Shown here in pieces: positions 43,118 through 57,575 of a stretch of DNA of 64,000 bases (position 1 is the stretch's first letter; each line of letters begins with the position of its first letter). This DNA is from Prochlorococcus sp. AG-355-G23 (lineage in GTDB: Bacteria > Cyanobacteriota > Cyanobacteriia > PCC-6307 > Cyanobiaceae), in assembly GCA_003278765.1 (NCBI GenBank), contig QCDK01000004.1, forward strand, positions 6,437 through 70,436, in the 5' to 3' direction. The position numbers and the translations under genes are program-made. The notes below the pieces were generated by a model. The model searched no databases. It saw only the letters and a program-made list of their open reading frames with translations, and was not told the origin of the DNA.

Positions 43118-44073
43118 TATGGCTGTTGCTCGATGGCGCCTTCACCAAGACAAGTTAATAATCCACATACACCTGCGAACTTAATGCAATCTTCTATCTC
43201 TAGTTCATTTGAAGGATAGCCAGAAGAAATTAATTTTGAAATTAAGCCAGCCAGAAAAGAATCGCCTGCGCCAGTTGTATCAATAATTTTTTCTGAAGAA
43301 GGAGTTTCGGTAATTCCCCACAATCCATTGATGAACCATTCAACGGGATTTTTCCCGTCAGTTATTATTACATCTGGTCTATTAGGCAATTGTTGAGATA
43401 TTAGCAATGGATTTTCATCCTCAAAAAACATAATTGCTTCTTCTCTAGCAAGTTTTAAAACATTTGCATGATTTAAAAAATTTTTGATTAAATTAACTCT
43501 CGCTGCCTTTGTTATTTCTAATGAAAAACTTGAATGATCCCAGAAGACCTCTCTCCAATTTAAATCAATAACTATTTTAACTTCAAATTTTTTAGCCTGT
43601 TTAAGAATAAAAAAAATGGTCTCTGCTGATATTGGAGATGATAACATGATCGTTCCAGTAACTAAATATTTTGTTTCTAGAAAAGATTCCTCTAATTTTA
43701 AAATTTCTTTTTGAATTAATTTCTTACTTAACACTTCATCTGCAAAGCATAAATTAGAACTTTCCTCAAAGCCTGAAAAAAAACGATCTCCAAAATGATC
43801 TCTATCAACGTTAACCACACGAGTAGATGAATCATTATCTAGTTGCAAAAAATCTAAATTAACTTCTAATTCATTAAATTGCTTAATAAATTTTTTCCCA
43901 TAATCATCACTACCCAAACATCCTATAAATATTGAATCTATATTTAATTTTCTTAATGCACAAGCTACATTAGCGGGCGCACCACCCAAAAAATCTGTAA
44001 ATCCCTGATTTGACTTATTTCTGATTCTGTCTATTAAAGCCTCTCCAATACATATGACCTTTTGCTTTTTCAT
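43075..44073 (-). CDS. PfkB-family carbohydrate kinase (fructokinase-like)
   Basis: GEALID, GGAPANVA, DLNWR, DTTGAGDSFLAG. Confidence 0.92.
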   Translation of the reverse strand: MKKQKVICIGEALIDRIRNKSNQGFTDFLGGAPANVACALRKLNIDSIFIGCLGSDDYGKKFIKQFNELEVNLDFLQLDNDSSTRVVNVDRDHFGDRFFSGFEESSNLCFADEVLSKKLIQKEILKLEESFLETKYLVTGTIMLSSPISAETIFFILKQAKKFEVKIVIDLNWREVFWDHSSFSLEITKAARVNLIKNFLNHANVLKLAREEAIMFFEDENPLLISQQLPNRPDVIITDGKNPVEWFINGLWGITETPSSEKIIDTTGAGDSFLAGLISKLISSGYPSNELEIEDCIKFAGVCGLLTCLGEGAIEQQPYYEKVNKFLGSLIL

Positions 44074-44162
44074 AAGATGAACACTTACTCTTAACTAAGA
44101 ATAATTTATTAAAAACGAATAATTTTTTTTTGAATTAAAGTTTAATTAAAAGCATATCTAAA

Positions 44163-45077
44163 GTGTCTTTAAATAAATCTAAAACTTGGAAGTGGAAAAA
44201 TTGGGAAATTTCTTGGTCTCTATCAAAAGGATCTACTTCTGAAAAAAATATCAAAATTTTATTAGTTCATGGATTTGGGGCATCAAAAAGCCATTGGAGA
44301 TATAACCAAGATTTTCTTGGGGAATTTTCTAACTGCTATGCAATTGACTTATTAGGATTTGGGAAAAGCAGTCAGCCTAGTGCTTTATTAGATTACGAAC
44401 CTGATAAAGAAAACTCAATTAAATATTCATTTGATTTATGGGGAAATCAAATATCAACATTTTGTGCAGAGGTAATTAAATCTCCTGTTTACTTAGTAGG
44501 AAATTCAATTGGTGGTGTTATTGCATTGAAAGCTGCTGAAATCCTCAAAGATAATTGCAAAGGTCTTATTTTGATTGATTGTGCACAAAGAACTATGGAT
44601 GATAAACGTTTAAAAAAAAGTGATATCTTAATGAATCTACTGAGACCGGTTCTTAAAACTATTGTCAGACAAAGAGTAATTAGCGATACACTTTTTACAA
44701 GAGCTGCTAATCCAAAAGTTATTAAAAAAATACTTGAACAAGCTTATCCTACAGGAAAAAATATTGATAAAGAATTGATTGAAATACTTTATCAACCATC
44801 TCAAAGGAAAAACTCAAAAGAAGCATTTCGTGGTTTTATTAACTTATTTGATGACTATCTAGCTACTGACCTTTTCGACAAGGTTGATGCCCCAATCCAA
44901 TTAATTTGGGGAGAAAAAGATCCTTGGGAAAATTTAAATGAAGCAAGGGAGTGGAAGAAAAAATTCAGGAATATTAAGAGATTAGATATCATTAATGAGG
45001 CTGGTCATTGTCCTCATGATGAAGAACCTGAAAAAACAAATAAGTTAATGAATGAATTTATTCAAGATACAAAGTAA
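44163..45077 (+). CDS. Alpha/beta fold hydrolase
   Basis: HGFGAS, DLLGFGKS, GNSIGG, AGHCPHDE. Confidence 0.9.
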   Translation: MSLNKSKTWKWKNWEISWSLSKGSTSEKNIKILLVHGFGASKSHWRYNQDFLGEFSNCYAIDLLGFGKSSQPSALLDYEPDKENSIKYSFDLWGNQISTFCAEVIKSPVYLVGNSIGGVIALKAAEILKDNCKGLILIDCAQRTMDDKRLKKSDILMNLLRPVLKTIVRQRVISDTLFTRAANPKVIKKILEQAYPTGKNIDKELIEILYQPSQRKNSKEAFRGFINLFDDYLATDLFDKVDAPIQLIWGEKDPWENLNEAREWKKKFRNIKRLDIINEAGHCPHDEEPEKTNKLMNEFIQDTK

Positions 45078-46063
45078 GCTTCTACATTATCACTAAGTCT
45101 TCTTAAGCCTCTTAATCCATCTCGTTCAAGATTTCTTACTCGATCTCTACTGATCCCTAGTACCCTTCCTATGCCAGTTAGAGACATTGGCTCATCACCA
45201 TCCATTCCATATCTCATTCTTAAAACTCTACATTGCAGATCGGGTAATTGATGTAAAAGAGAATGCAGATCACCTCTCATACAATCCATCTCTATTTGTT
45301 CGTCTGGCAAATCCTCACCCCCTGCCAATAAATCTAATAAAACAGTATCTTCGCCATCACCAACTTTGGTTTCAAGACTAACTGGCTGCCCAGCTTTGCA
45401 CATTAAATCTTTAACATCATCTTCAGGAAGCTCTACGTACTTGGCAAGTTCTGTAATAGTTGGAGTTCTAGACATTTCTTGGCTGAGCTCTCTTTGACCT
45501 TTTTTTAACTTATTCAACATTTCAGTTATGTGAATTGGTAGCCTTATCGCCCGACTTTTTTCAGCTATTGCTCTTGTAATGCCTTGTCTAATCCACCAGT
45601 ATGCATATGTTGAAAATTTATATCCTCTTGCTGGATCAAATTTTTCAACTCCCCTTACTAGTCCTATAGTTCCCTCCTGAATTAAATCTAAAAGTTCCAT
45701 ATTCCTTTTTGTATATTTCTTTGCAACGCTTACTACCAATCTTAAATTTGCTGCAACCATCCTTTCTTTAGCTCTCTGTCCAGCTCTCAATCTTTTTTTA
45801 ATTATTGAAGTAGATAATTTTAATCTGGTTGATAATTCTTCAATACTAGGTTTATCTCCTGTTAATTCAATAAACTCTAATTCTGCTCTTTCAACTTCCA
45901 TATACTCTTGAACTTGGCGGCCTAGAGTAATTTCTTGCTCGTGAGATAGTAAAGGAACCCTTCCTATATCTCTTAAGTATGATCGAACAAGATCTACATC
46001 ATTACTAGCTTTTATGCTTGCGATTGACGCAAGTTTATTTTCACTTATTGTTTCAGAAGACAT
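45062..46063 (-). CDS. Group 2 RNA polymerase sigma-70 factor (probable start MSSET at 46063)
   Basis: DLVRSYLRDIGRVPLL, ANLRLVVSVAKKY, DLIQEG, KFSTYAYWWIRQ and region 4 SRDRVR; no region 1.1. Confidence 0.93.
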   Translation of the reverse strand: MSSETISENKLASIASIKASNDVDLVRSYLRDIGRVPLLSHEQEITLGRQVQEYMEVERAELEFIELTGDKPSIEELSTRLKLSTSIIKKRLRAGQRAKERMVAANLRLVVSVAKKYTKRNMELLDLIQEGTIGLVRGVEKFDPARGYKFSTYAYWWIRQGITRAIAEKSRAIRLPIHITEMLNKLKKGQRELSQEMSRTPTITELAKYVELPEDDVKDLMCKAGQPVSLETKVGDGEDTVLLDLLAGGEDLPDEQIEMDCMRGDLHSLLHQLPDLQCRVLRMRYGMDGDEPMSLTGIGRVLGISRDRVRNLERDGLRGLRRLSDNVEAYFVS

Positions 46064-46163
46064 GAAAGTTGAATGATGTTTTGTAAACAATACCATTAAG
46101 AAATGTAAAGTTAAACAAAAAAATCCACATTTTTACAAAAATGAGAATAAATACCTAGTAAAT

Positions 46164-47570
46164 TTAGATAAATGAAGAGCTTAAGAGCCATTTTGCTGTA
46201 CTGAGATAAATAAATACACCAGCAATATCAGTTACAGTTGTTATAAAAGGAGAGGACATTAAGGCTGGATCCAATTTCATTTTGTCAAACAACAAAGGGA
46301 GGATCGCTCCTGTTGTTGCAGCTAAAGTTGTTATGGATATCAAACTTATTCCCACCGCAGAGGCGATTAAAGGCCCCTCTCCTTGCCACCAAGCAAATGG
46401 AAATACTACTAGCATCATAAAAACACCCAGAAGAGCACCTGTAATTGCCTCCTTAACTACAGCCTTAATTGCACCAAGAGACTTCAATTTTTGAGTACTT
46501 AAACCTCGAATTACAACCGTTGAACTTTGTGCGCCAACATTCCCCCCAGTACCTATCAGCAGTGGAATAAATGCTGCTAATAAAACTATTTCTTTTAATA
46601 TTTGATCATTCATAGCTATAACTTTTGTCGTCAAACCATTTGCTAAAACCAAAATTAATAACCATAAAATTCTTCTTCGAGCAATTGTAAACAAACTACT
46701 TTGGAAATAATCATCCTCATCGCCAGATTGAACTGCCCCCGCTGCATAAATATCTCTTGTTGCTTCTTGTTCTATAACATCAATCAAATCATCAACAGTT
46801 ACTATACCAACAAGTCTTTTTTCCTTGTCAACGACTGGGAGAGCTAAAAAATCATATCTTTGTATTGCTCTAGCAACCTCTTCTTGATTGGTATTAGTAG
46901 AGATATTGACTACATCTCTTGTCATAACTTCTCCAATTGGCTTAGAAGGATCGGCAGTTACAAGGTCTCTTAAAGAGAGAATACCAGTTAAATGTCTTTC
47001 TTTATCTGTGACATACAAACTATAAATAGTTTCAGTAAATGGAGCTCTTTTTCTAACTAAAGAAAGAGCCTCAGCTGCTGTTTGCATCTCTTTAAGATCT
47101 ATAAATTCAGTTGTCATTAATCTTCCAGCAGTTTCAGGCTCGTATCCAAGTAATTCAGCTGTTACTTTCCTTTCACCAGGACTAAGAGCAGATAAAAATT
47201 TTCGTACAACTTTTGCAGGTAATTCATCAAAGAGTTGAACCCTATCATCAGGAGACATTTTTTCAACTATTTCTAAAACTTCTCCTGAACGCAGTCTTTC
47301 TAATAAAGTTTGCTGAACTACTGGATCTAAATATTCATAAACCTCAATTGCTTCATTTTTCTTTAATAATCGAAATGCTAATGCCTGCAATATTAGTGGA
47401 AGGCTTCCAATGGCATCTGCAATATCAACAGGTTGTGATGGCTCTAAAAGTAACTTTGCCTCATCATAATTTCCCGCGATGAGCAATTTCTCAAGCTGAA
47501 AAGTAATATTTTCTCGTGTACTTAAATCTGAAGATAGGGATGTAACTGTTTCAAGATTATTTTCGTTCAT
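46164..47570 (-). CDS. mgtE: Magnesium transporter MgtE
   Basis: CBS pair (TAGRLMTTE, LVGIVTVDD), GGNVGAQ, DPALMSSPFITTVTD. Confidence 0.96.
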   Translation of the reverse strand: MNENNLETVTSLSSDLSTRENITFQLEKLLIAGNYDEAKLLLEPSQPVDIADAIGSLPLILQALAFRLLKKNEAIEVYEYLDPVVQQTLLERLRSGEVLEIVEKMSPDDRVQLFDELPAKVVRKFLSALSPGERKVTAELLGYEPETAGRLMTTEFIDLKEMQTAAEALSLVRKRAPFTETIYSLYVTDKERHLTGILSLRDLVTADPSKPIGEVMTRDVVNISTNTNQEEVARAIQRYDFLALPVVDKEKRLVGIVTVDDLIDVIEQEATRDIYAAGAVQSGDEDDYFQSSLFTIARRRILWLLILVLANGLTTKVIAMNDQILKEIVLLAAFIPLLIGTGGNVGAQSSTVVIRGLSTQKLKSLGAIKAVVKEAITGALLGVFMMLVVFPFAWWQGEGPLIASAVGISLISITTLAATTGAILPLLFDKMKLDPALMSSPFITTVTDIAGVFIYLSTAKWLLSSSFI

Positions 47571-47613
47571 AAATATTATCTCTCGTCAAAGTAACACCAC
47601 TATTATATGAAAT

Positions 47614-47943
47614 CTAAGTAATTTTTCTACTTATCCAGAACCCGATAAACATTGTGAATAAATTTGCGATAATAATTAAATTAAAAAAAATTATAAATTT
47701 CATCCACTCCCCTTGATTTAAAATTTTGTACAAAAAATATATAAATCCGCTAAAAGATGTGAAGCAAGAAATAAAACCACTCAATAAAATTTTTTCAATT
47801 GAAAAACTTAATCTTTTACTAATTAAAAAACCGACTAAAAATGATCCAATTATTGATGTACAAAAGTTATTATTTATAGTTAATCTTAAAAAAGTAGCTA
47901 GGTAACCAGCTAAAAGAATATAAATAAGATTATTTATTTTCAC
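47614..47943 (-). CDS. crcB: CrcB/Fluc-like fluoride channel subunit (degenerate)
   Basis: Small hydrophobic protein; LATFLR, SIIGSFLVG and GFISCFTSFSGF resemble Fluc motifs. Confidence 0.7.
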   Translation of the reverse strand: MKINNLIYILLAGYLATFLRLTINNNFCTSIIGSFLVGFLISKRLSFSIEKILLSGFISCFTSFSGFIYFLYKILNQGEWMKFIIFFNLIIIANLFTMFIGFWISRKIT

Positions 47944-47944
47944 T

Positions 47945-48310
47945 TTAAAAAAACTGAATAAGAGAATAACCTAAATAAAAGAAAAGGAAAGAAAGAATGA
48001 TTACTTCGATGTAGTGAAGAAATAATCTCAGAAATTTTCTCTTTTTGAATAGAATAAATAGTTGATATATAAAAGAAGAAAATGTGCTAAAAGATCCTAA
48101 AAAACCGCTATAAAATAACATTAATATTTCGTTATTAATAAAATTTAAAGCTACTAAAATTCCTAAAAAAAAAGATGATAAAAAATTTACTATTGAAGTA
48201 TTTTGAATATCAAAACCGATACTTTTTTTAAAATTATTTTGTATGAATATTCTAAGTATTAATCCAAAAGTACTACCAAGTAAAATTTTTCCTACGAAAC
48301 TAAAATCCAA
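47945..48310 (-). CDS. crcB: CrcB/Fluc-like fluoride channel subunit
   Basis: G..FGLILR, VNFLSSFFLG, GFLGSFSTFSSF. Confidence 0.78.
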   Translation of the reverse strand: MDFSFVGKILLGSTFGLILRIFIQNNFKKSIGFDIQNTSIVNFLSSFFLGILVALNFINNEILMLFYSGFLGSFSTFSSFIYQLFILFKKRKFLRLFLHYIEVIILSFLFFYLGYSLIQFF

Positions 48311-48313
48311 AAT

Positions 48314-50607
<2,294 letters not shown>

Positions 50608-50756
50608 TTAATATAAAAAAAATATTAAACTTTTAAAATGTTATTTTTAAAAGGTCTTTCATTAAACTTACCACCGCTATAAGATAAAGTCTCGAAGTCA
50701 ATGAAAAAATTATCACTTTAATTATATAGCTAATATTTTTTTCTTCAGAAATTCAT

Positions 50757-51656
50757 ATGTCTTCATATCCACCACATGTAATAATTTTAATTGGGCCTAC
50801 TGCAAGTGGTAAAACAGAATTAGCTATTGAAATTGCTGAATATTTTAAAACTCGCATACACAATATTGATTCAAGACAAATTTATAAGTCTATGGATATT
50901 GGAACAGCAAAGCCATCTAAAGACCAACAAAAAAAAATAAAGCATTTTTTAATAGATATTGAAGAGCCCATCCATCCAATTAATGTAAAAAAATTTCAAG
51001 AAATTGCACAAAAATCCATAAGTAGAGAAATTAAAAAAGACTACGTACCTTTTCTTGTGGGAGGGAGTGGGTTATATATGAACTCAATAACAAAAGGTTT
51101 TTTTGTACCAGATGTACCACCTCAAAATAATTTGAGAAGACAATTAGAAGAACTTGGTCAGACAAAATGTTGGGACCTTTTAAAAAATTGTGATCCATTA
51201 TCGACTGAAAAAATCAATTTTGCTGACCAAATTAGAACAATAAGAGCTTTAGAAGTCTTCTATGTTACAGGTAAACCTTTGTCAACTCTGAAAATTCAAA
51301 AACCGCCTGACTGGAGAATACTAGAGCTTGGATTAGATAGAGATAATTTAAAAGAAAGAATTTTACAAAGAACAAATAATATGTTTTCATCTGGAATTAT
51401 TGAGGAGACGAAAAACCTTATCTCTAAATACGGATTTAATTTGCCAATATTAGAAACCATTGGTTATAGAGAAGCTAAAGATGTTTTAAATAACAATTCA
51501 ACAATTGACAAAGCGATTGAGTTAACTACGAAAAAAACAATCCAATTTGCCAAAAGACAAAAAACTTGGTTTCGTAATAAAAATAATCCTCTTTGGCTCA
51601 ATAACAAAAACCTGCTAAAAGATGCAATAATTAAGATAGAGTCTTTTTTAAGCTAA
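50757..51656 (+). CDS. miaA: tRNA dimethylallyltransferase
   Basis: [36 protein letters not shown]. Confidence 0.97.
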   Translation: MSSYPPHVIILIGPTASGKTELAIEIAEYFKTRIHNIDSRQIYKSMDIGTAKPSKDQQKKIKHFLIDIEEPIHPINVKKFQEIAQKSISREIKKDYVPFLVGGSGLYMNSITKGFFVPDVPPQNNLRRQLEELGQTKCWDLLKNCDPLSTEKINFADQIRTIRALEVFYVTGKPLSTLKIQKPPDWRILELGLDRDNLKERILQRTNNMFSSGIIEETKNLISKYGFNLPILETIGYREAKDVLNNNSTIDKAIELTTKKTIQFAKRQKTWFRNKNNPLWLNNKNLLKDAIIKIESFLS

Positions 51657-51709
51657 CTTTATAAAAATAGATTTTATTCATCATCCAATCAATTTATTTA
51701 ATTAACTGA

Positions 51710-52282
51710 ATGCCCCCACGCCCACGCTTTGATCGCCGAGCTCCCGTAAGAGAGCTGCCAAATATAAATGAAAGAATAAAATACCCTCAATTGAGAGTTG
51801 TTGATTCAGATGGAAAACAATTAGGTGTCATAGATAGATTAGAAGCATTAGAAATAGCATCTCAAAGAGATCTTGATTTAGTTTTGGTCAGCGAAAAAGC
51901 AAACCCTCCTGTTTGTAGGATAATGGACTATGGAAAATATAAATTTGAACAAGAAAAGAAAGCTAAAGAGGCAAGGAAAAAATCTCATCAAACAGAAGTT
52001 AAGGAAGTAAAAATGAGGTACAAAATTGATAAGCATGATTATGATGTTCGCATAGGTCAAGCTACTAAATTTTTAAAATCGGGAGACAAAGTAAAATGTA
52101 CCGTAATTTTTAGGGGTAGAGAAATTCAACACTCTAATTTAGCTGAAACACTTCTTTTGAAAATGGCAAATGATTTAGAAGAGCAATCAGAAGTTCAACA
52201 AAAACCAAAAAGAGAAGGAAGAAATATGATTATGTTTTTAAGCCCTCGAAAAACTCCTCTCAATAAAAAAGATGATGGGTGA
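51710..52282 (+). CDS. infC: Translation initiation factor IF-3
   Basis: INERI, LDLVLVS...[26 protein letters not shown]. Confidence 0.97.
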   Translation: MPPRPRFDRRAPVRELPNINERIKYPQLRVVDSDGKQLGVIDRLEALEIASQRDLDLVLVSEKANPPVCRIMDYGKYKFEQEKKAKEARKKSHQTEVKEVKMRYKIDKHDYDVRIGQATKFLKSGDKVKCTVIFRGREIQHSNLAETLLLKMANDLEEQSEVQQKPKREGRNMIMFLSPRKTPLNKKDDG

Positions 52283-52359
52283 AAAGTTGTTACTATAAGA
52301 TATGACGAATGTTAAAGTGTCACTATGGTCAAAAATAAATTAGTCAGGGTTTTTATCAA

Positions 52360-53346
52360 GTGAAATTCAATATTCAACAAGAAAGTGATATCCCTGCATC
52401 TACTCAACTATATAATCAAATTTGCTTTGCAATTGCAGCGAGACATTATCCTCCCGGACACAGACTTCCCAGTACGAGGCAACTTGCAATGCAGACTGGC
52501 CTCCATAGGAATACTATAAGTAAAGTTTACAGACAACTTGAAATAGATGGAGTTGTTGAAGCAATAGCTGGATCAGGTATCTATGTAAGAGATAATCTTA
52601 CAAAAAAAGAATTTAAAAAATCATTTTATTCAAAAGATAAAATAAGTAAAGTACCAGATCAAGAAGCAAAGAAGGTAATTGACAACTTAATAAGTCTTGG
52701 ATGCACTTTACAAGAGACGAGAGATATATTGACCAATGAAATTGATTGGCGCATTAAGTGCGGATCAAGAATAATAGTTAGTACTCCAAGAGAAGATATT
52801 GGAGCTTCTATGTTAATAGCAGAAGACCTTTCTTCAAAAGTGAAAGTACCAGTAGAAGTTATCCCTATGGAAGAATTAGAAAAAGTTTTGAGTAATTCAA
52901 ATAATGGTACGATTGTCACAAGCAGATATTTTTTACAACCTCTGGAAAAAGTTGCTAAGCAACATGGAGTTCGCGCTATTGCAGTTGACTTGAGCGACTT
53001 TCAAAAGGAATTAAAAATTATCAAGGAATTAAATGCTGGAAGTTGTGTGGGTATTGTTAGCATTAGTCCTGGTTTATTGAGAGCAGCAGAAGTTATCATA
53101 CACAGCATGCGTGGAAGTGAATTAATGCTGATGACGGCAATCTCAGACAACAATAGTAGATTACTATCACTTTTAAAAACTTCAAACCATATAATCTGTG
53201 ATGGACCCAGTTTATCAGTTGTAGAAAACACATTATTAAAAAATCGTTCTCAGTTGATGAGATTACCTCAAATAATATGTGCTAAAAATTATTTAAGTAT
53301 CGAAACAATAAATCAATTAAAAAAAGAAATAGGAGTTATCCATTAG
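52360..53346 (+). CDS. GntR-family (PlmA-type) transcriptional regulator
   Basis: PASTQLYNQI, RLPSTRQLA..TGLHRNTISKVYRQLE..GSGIYV winged HTH followed by a cyanobacterial PlmA-type C-domain. Confidence 0.9.
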   Translation: MKFNIQQESDIPASTQLYNQICFAIAARHYPPGHRLPSTRQLAMQTGLHRNTISKVYRQLEIDGVVEAIAGSGIYVRDNLTKKEFKKSFYSKDKISKVPDQEAKKVIDNLISLGCTLQETRDILTNEIDWRIKCGSRIIVSTPREDIGASMLIAEDLSSKVKVPVEVIPMEELEKVLSNSNNGTIVTSRYFLQPLEKVAKQHGVRAIAVDLSDFQKELKIIKELNAGSCVGIVSISPGLLRAAEVIIHSMRGSELMLMTAISDNNSRLLSLLKTSNHIICDGPSLSVVENTLLKNRSQLMRLPQIICAKNYLSIETINQLKKEIGVIH

Positions 53347-53349
53347 ACC

Positions 53350-54087
53350 ATGGTATTGAAAACTTTTAAATCAGATATAGAAATTATTAGAGAGAGAGAT
53401 CCCGCCGCAAGAGGCATAGTAGAGATATTTCTTTGCTACCCTGGTTTTCAATCAATAGTTATTCATAGGTTTACACATAAATTATGGCAATTAAAGATTC
53501 CTTTGATTCCCCGCTTACTCAGCCATCTTAATAGGCTAGCCACAGGTATTGAAATCCATCCTGGGGCAAAAATTGGCAAAAGGGTTTTCATAGATCATGG
53601 AATGGGCGTTGTAATTGGGGAAACAGCTGAGATAGGAAATAATTGTTTGCTTTATCAAGGAGTGACATTGGGAGGTACTGGTAAAAACCATGGCAAAAGA
53701 CACCCAACCTTAATGGAAAATGTTGTAGTCGGAGCAGGTGCAAAAGTTCTTGGATCCATCACGGTAGGATCTAATACCCGTATTGGTGCTGGCTCAGTAG
53801 TTGTTCGAAATGTAGAGGGGAACAGTACTGTGGTTGGAGTTCCTGGCAGGGTAGTACATCAAAGTGGTGTCAAAGTAAATCCTCTAGCTCACTCTGCCTT
53901 GCCAGATGCAGAAGCTAATGTGATAAAAAATTTAATGGACAGGATAGACACTCTTGAAGATGAAATTCTTAAATTACAAAAAACTCTAGAATGTATAGCC
54001 AGCTCAGAATCTATTGATATTTCTAAACTCGGTGATTCTCAAAATCTTAAAGACAAAGAAATAATAGAATTTCTTGGCGATGATTAG
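53350..54087 (+). CDS. cysE: Serine O-acetyltransferase
   Basis: [33 protein letters not shown]. Confidence 0.97.
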   Translation: MVLKTFKSDIEIIRERDPAARGIVEIFLCYPGFQSIVIHRFTHKLWQLKIPLIPRLLSHLNRLATGIEIHPGAKIGKRVFIDHGMGVVIGETAEIGNNCLLYQGVTLGGTGKNHGKRHPTLMENVVVGAGAKVLGSITVGSNTRIGAGSVVVRNVEGNSTVVGVPGRVVHQSGVKVNPLAHSALPDAEANVIKNLMDRIDTLEDEILKLQKTLECIASSESIDISKLGDSQNLKDKEIIEFLGDD

Positions 54088-56918
54088 GTTTTTGTTTCAT
54101 TAACCTCAGTTTTAGGTTGAAACATAAACATTGAATAAATAACATTTCGTCTCATATTAGTCATCATTTCGAGGAACATGTCATATCCTTCGTTTTTATA
54201 TTCGATTAATGGATCTTTTTGACCATAACCTCTCAATCCCACTGATTCCCTCAAGGAATCCATGGATTGAAGATGTTCTCTCCATAAATTATCGATTTGC
54301 TGCAAAATGAAAAATCTTTCAGCTTCTCGCATTAATCCTGGACGAATCTTTTCTATTTGTGATTCCTTTAAATCATAAGCTATTCGTAACTGCTCTTGAA
54401 GATAGTTTTTTAATTCTTCTATTGATAGTAAATTAATATCATCAGATTTAAGATCATCTAATAAATATATAAATTCTTTGACTTTGGAAATTAATTGATC
54501 AATATTCCATTCTTCAGGAGGAAGATCAGGATTAATATAAGCATCTACAATTTCAATCATTGTTCTTTCTCCATATCCTATTACTTGTCTCTTTAAATCA
54601 ATGCCTTTTAATACTCTTAGTCTTTCGCTATAAACTGCTTTTCTTTGATTGTTCATTACCTCGTCGTATTCAAAAACTTGTTTTCTAATATCGTAATAGT
54701 AGGTTTCAACTTTCTTTTGAGCGCTTTCTAGGGACCTAGTAAGCATGCCTGACTCAATAGGCATATCTTCATCAACCCTAAAAGCATTCATTAGGTTTGC
54801 TACTCTATCACCTCCAAAAATCCTCAATAAATTATCATCTAAAGATAAAAAGAATCTTGTACTTCCAAGATCACCTTGTCTTCCCGCTCTTCCTCTAAGT
54901 TGATTATCAACTCTTCTCGATTCATGTCTCTCAGTACCAATTACATGTAAACCGCCAGCTTCTCTTACTCTTTCTTCTTCATGAATCAAAACTTTTTCAT
55001 ATTCATTTTTTACATCAGACAAAGATTCTCTCAAAAGCTTTATCAAGGAATCATCAGTTGGTGCTTTTTCTGCAGCTGTAGCTATCCTATCATCAAGCTC
55101 CAAGAGGGAAAGTTGTCTATCTCCCCAATTTTTAACAAGTTCATCAGATAAAAGAGAAAGTTTCTTTTCAATTACTTCATCTAGTTTGCAAGGGAAAAGA
55201 CTTGTTGAAGAATTTGAAATGTTCTTTTTCAAATTTGAACCAGCTTTTGTAGAAAAACCAGCCTTAGATTTTGAATTTCTTTGTTTAGGTATTGGTGGCT
55301 TATGTTCATTATCAGGCTTGACTAACAAAGGAATTAAAATTTCTTTTAATTTAAGCCTTGCCATATAGTCACTATTACCGCCAAGAATTATATCTGTTCC
55401 CCTTCCAGCCATATTAGTCGCAATAGTAACAGCACCTGCTCTTCCTGCCTGAGCAACAATTTCTGCCTCACGTTCAACGTTTTCTGGCTTAGCATTTAAC
55501 AAATTATGTGGAATTTTTTCTTCAGATAAAAGTGAACTTAATAATTCACTTTTTTCAACACTTGTTGTACCAACTAAAACAGGTCTACCTTCTCTATGAA
55601 TTTGTGCAGTTTCTTTAGCAACAGCTTTCCATTTACCAATCTCTGTCTTAAATACTTGATCAGACCAATCTTGTCTCTTTCTTATTTGATTTGTCGGTAT
55701 AACTGTTGATTCTAATTTATAAGTTTTTTCAAATTCAACCTCTTCAGTTTTTGCAGTTCCCGTCATTCCAGCTAAACCAGGATATAAAAGGAAAAAATTC
55801 TGATAGGTTATGGATGCTAATGTTTGAGTCTCAGGTTGAATTTTAAGACTCTCTTTTGCTTCAATTGCCTGGTGTTGTCCATCGCTCCAACGCCTTCCTG
55901 GCATTACCCTACCAGTAAATTCGTCCACTATTACAGCCTCATCGTTCTTAATAATATAATTCACATCTTTAATAAATAATTCTTTGGCTTTTAACGCGTT
56001 AGTTATGTAATGCGCCCAAGGATCTTGAGGATTATATAAATCATTCACTCCCAAATACTCTTCACATTTTGCAAAACCCTGATCAGTTAATATGCAACTT
56101 CTCTGTTTTTCATCAACTTCATAATCCCCTTCTGGATCAATGCCATCTTTACTTAATTCTTTTGCTTTGACTAATGCCAAAGATAATTCTGCAGCTTTTT
56201 GATATTTTTCTTGTGGTCTTTCAACTTGGCCAGAAATGATTAAAGGCGTTCTCGCTTCATCAATTAATATTGAGTCAACCTCATCAATTACGCAGTAATT
56301 AAATTTTCTTTGAACTACCTCACTAATATCAGTAGCCATATTATCTCTTAAATAATCAAATCCTAATTCTGAATTTGTGGCATAAGTTATATCACAATCA
56401 TAATTTTTCTTTCTCTCAACTGGATTCATATCTTGCTGAATCAAACCAACTGATAAACCTAAAAAACGATGAACTTGTCCCATCCACTCTGCATCCCTTC
56501 TAGCTAAATAATCATTTACAGTAACAACGTGAACACCTTTTCCCGTGAGAGCATTTAAATAACAAGGTAATGTTGCGACAAGAGTTTTTCCTTCTCCAGT
56601 CTTCATCTCTGCAATTTGACACTCATTCAAAACCATCCCGCCTATTAACTGAACATCAAAATGTCTCATATCAAGAACACGTTTACTTGCCTCTCTTACA
56701 ATTGCAAAGGCTTTAGGAAGAAATTCTTCTAGGAGTTCTTTTTGCTTTTTAAAATCTAATTCTGCTGAAATATTTGATTTAAGATTTTGAGTTTCTTTTC
56801 TCAGCTCATCATCTGTCAATTGAGAAATTTCTTCTTCTAAAAAATTTATCTCTTCCACTATTGGTTGATAGCGCTTTAACTTTCGTGTATTCGGATCTCC
56901 CAACAAAAGTTTTAGCAT
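54084..56918 (-). CDS. secA: Preprotein translocase ATPase SecA
   Basis: [59 protein letters not shown]. Confidence 0.99.
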   Translation of the reverse strand: MLKLLLGDPNTRKLKRYQPIVEEINFLEEEISQLTDDELRKETQNLKSNISAELDFKKQKELLEEFLPKAFAIVREASKRVLDMRHFDVQLIGGMVLNECQIAEMKTGEGKTLVATLPCYLNALTGKGVHVVTVNDYLARRDAEWMGQVHRFLGLSVGLIQQDMNPVERKKNYDCDITYATNSELGFDYLRDNMATDISEVVQRKFNYCVIDEVDSILIDEARTPLIISGQVERPQEKYQKAAELSLALVKAKELSKDGIDPEGDYEVDEKQRSCILTDQGFAKCEEYLGVNDLYNPQDPWAHYITNALKAKELFIKDVNYIIKNDEAVIVDEFTGRVMPGRRWSDGQHQAIEAKESLKIQPETQTLASITYQNFFLLYPGLAGMTGTAKTEEVEFEKTYKLESTVIPTNQIRKRQDWSDQVFKTEIGKWKAVAKETAQIHREGRPVLVGTTSVEKSELLSSLLSEEKIPHNLLNAKPENVEREAEIVAQAGRAGAVTIATNMAGRGTDIILGGNSDYMARLKLKEILIPLLVKPDNEHKPPIPKQRNSKSKAGFSTKAGSNLKKNISNSSTSLFPCKLDEVIEKKLSLLSDELVKNWGDRQLSLLELDDRIATAAEKAPTDDSLIKLLRESLSDVKNEYEKVLIHEEERVREAGGLHVIGTERHESRRVDNQLRGRAGRQGDLGSTRFFLSLDDNLLRIFGGDRVANLMNAFRVDEDMPIESGMLTRSLESAQKKVETYYYDIRKQVFEYDEVMNNQRKAVYSERLRVLKGIDLKRQVIGYGERTMIEIVDAYINPDLPPEEWNIDQLISKVKEFIYLLDDLKSDDINLLSIEELKNYLQEQLRIAYDLKESQIEKIRPGLMREAERFFILQQIDNLWREHLQSMDSLRESVGLRGYGQKDPLIEYKNEGYDMFLEMMTNMRRNVIYSMFMFQPKTEVNETKT

Positions 56919-57092
56919 AAGTCAAAGTCCTTAAAAAATTCATCTTATTACAAACATTATAAATTAGTGCGTTACAACAGAATGAAGAAAACTATTATCT
57001 CTTTATTTTATAGAAAGGATCGATTAAGGTATTTAGATTGAAGTCACAAAAATAACCTAGCTGACATCACTTTTCAAAAATCTTTTTAATAA

Positions 57093-57548
57093 ATGCAAGA
57101 AATATCTCTAATCAGGCATGCCAAAGGAGCTTTAGGGTTAAGGGTTTTTGGATTAGGTCCTAATCTTAAACCAACAAATGGATTAATTAAGCTACAAAAA
57201 TTTCTAAACACCAATGCTTTCTGGGCAAAAGATAGGACAATTAATGATCTAAAAAAATGTCTCTCTAACAGTGATGTCGTAATAAGTCTTTGGGTTGGTA
57301 AGGAAATAGTTGGTTTTGGTAGAGCTTTAACCGATGGGATTTACCGTGGAGTACTTTGGGATATTGTTATAGATCAAAATCATCAAGGCCAAGGTTTTGG
57401 CACTTTAATTGTAAAAAATCTTTTATCTTCTAAAAAAATTAAAAATACAAAAAAATTATATTTAATGACAACAAATAAAAAATTGTTTTATTCTCAATTC
57501 GATTTTAAAGAAGTTACTTCTCAAAATTTATTGATTCGTGAAATATGA
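57093..57548 (+). CDS. GNAT-family N-acetyltransferase
   Basis: VGFGRALTDG, WDIVID..HQGQGFG acetyl-CoA motif A, FYSQFDF. Confidence 0.9.
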   Translation: MQEISLIRHAKGALGLRVFGLGPNLKPTNGLIKLQKFLNTNAFWAKDRTINDLKKCLSNSDVVISLWVGKEIVGFGRALTDGIYRGVLWDIVIDQNHQGQGFGTLIVKNLLSSKKIKNTKKLYLMTTNKKLFYSQFDFKEVTSQNLLIREI

Positions 57549-57575
57549 AAGGACTTTGTTTCTAGAGAAACAAAA

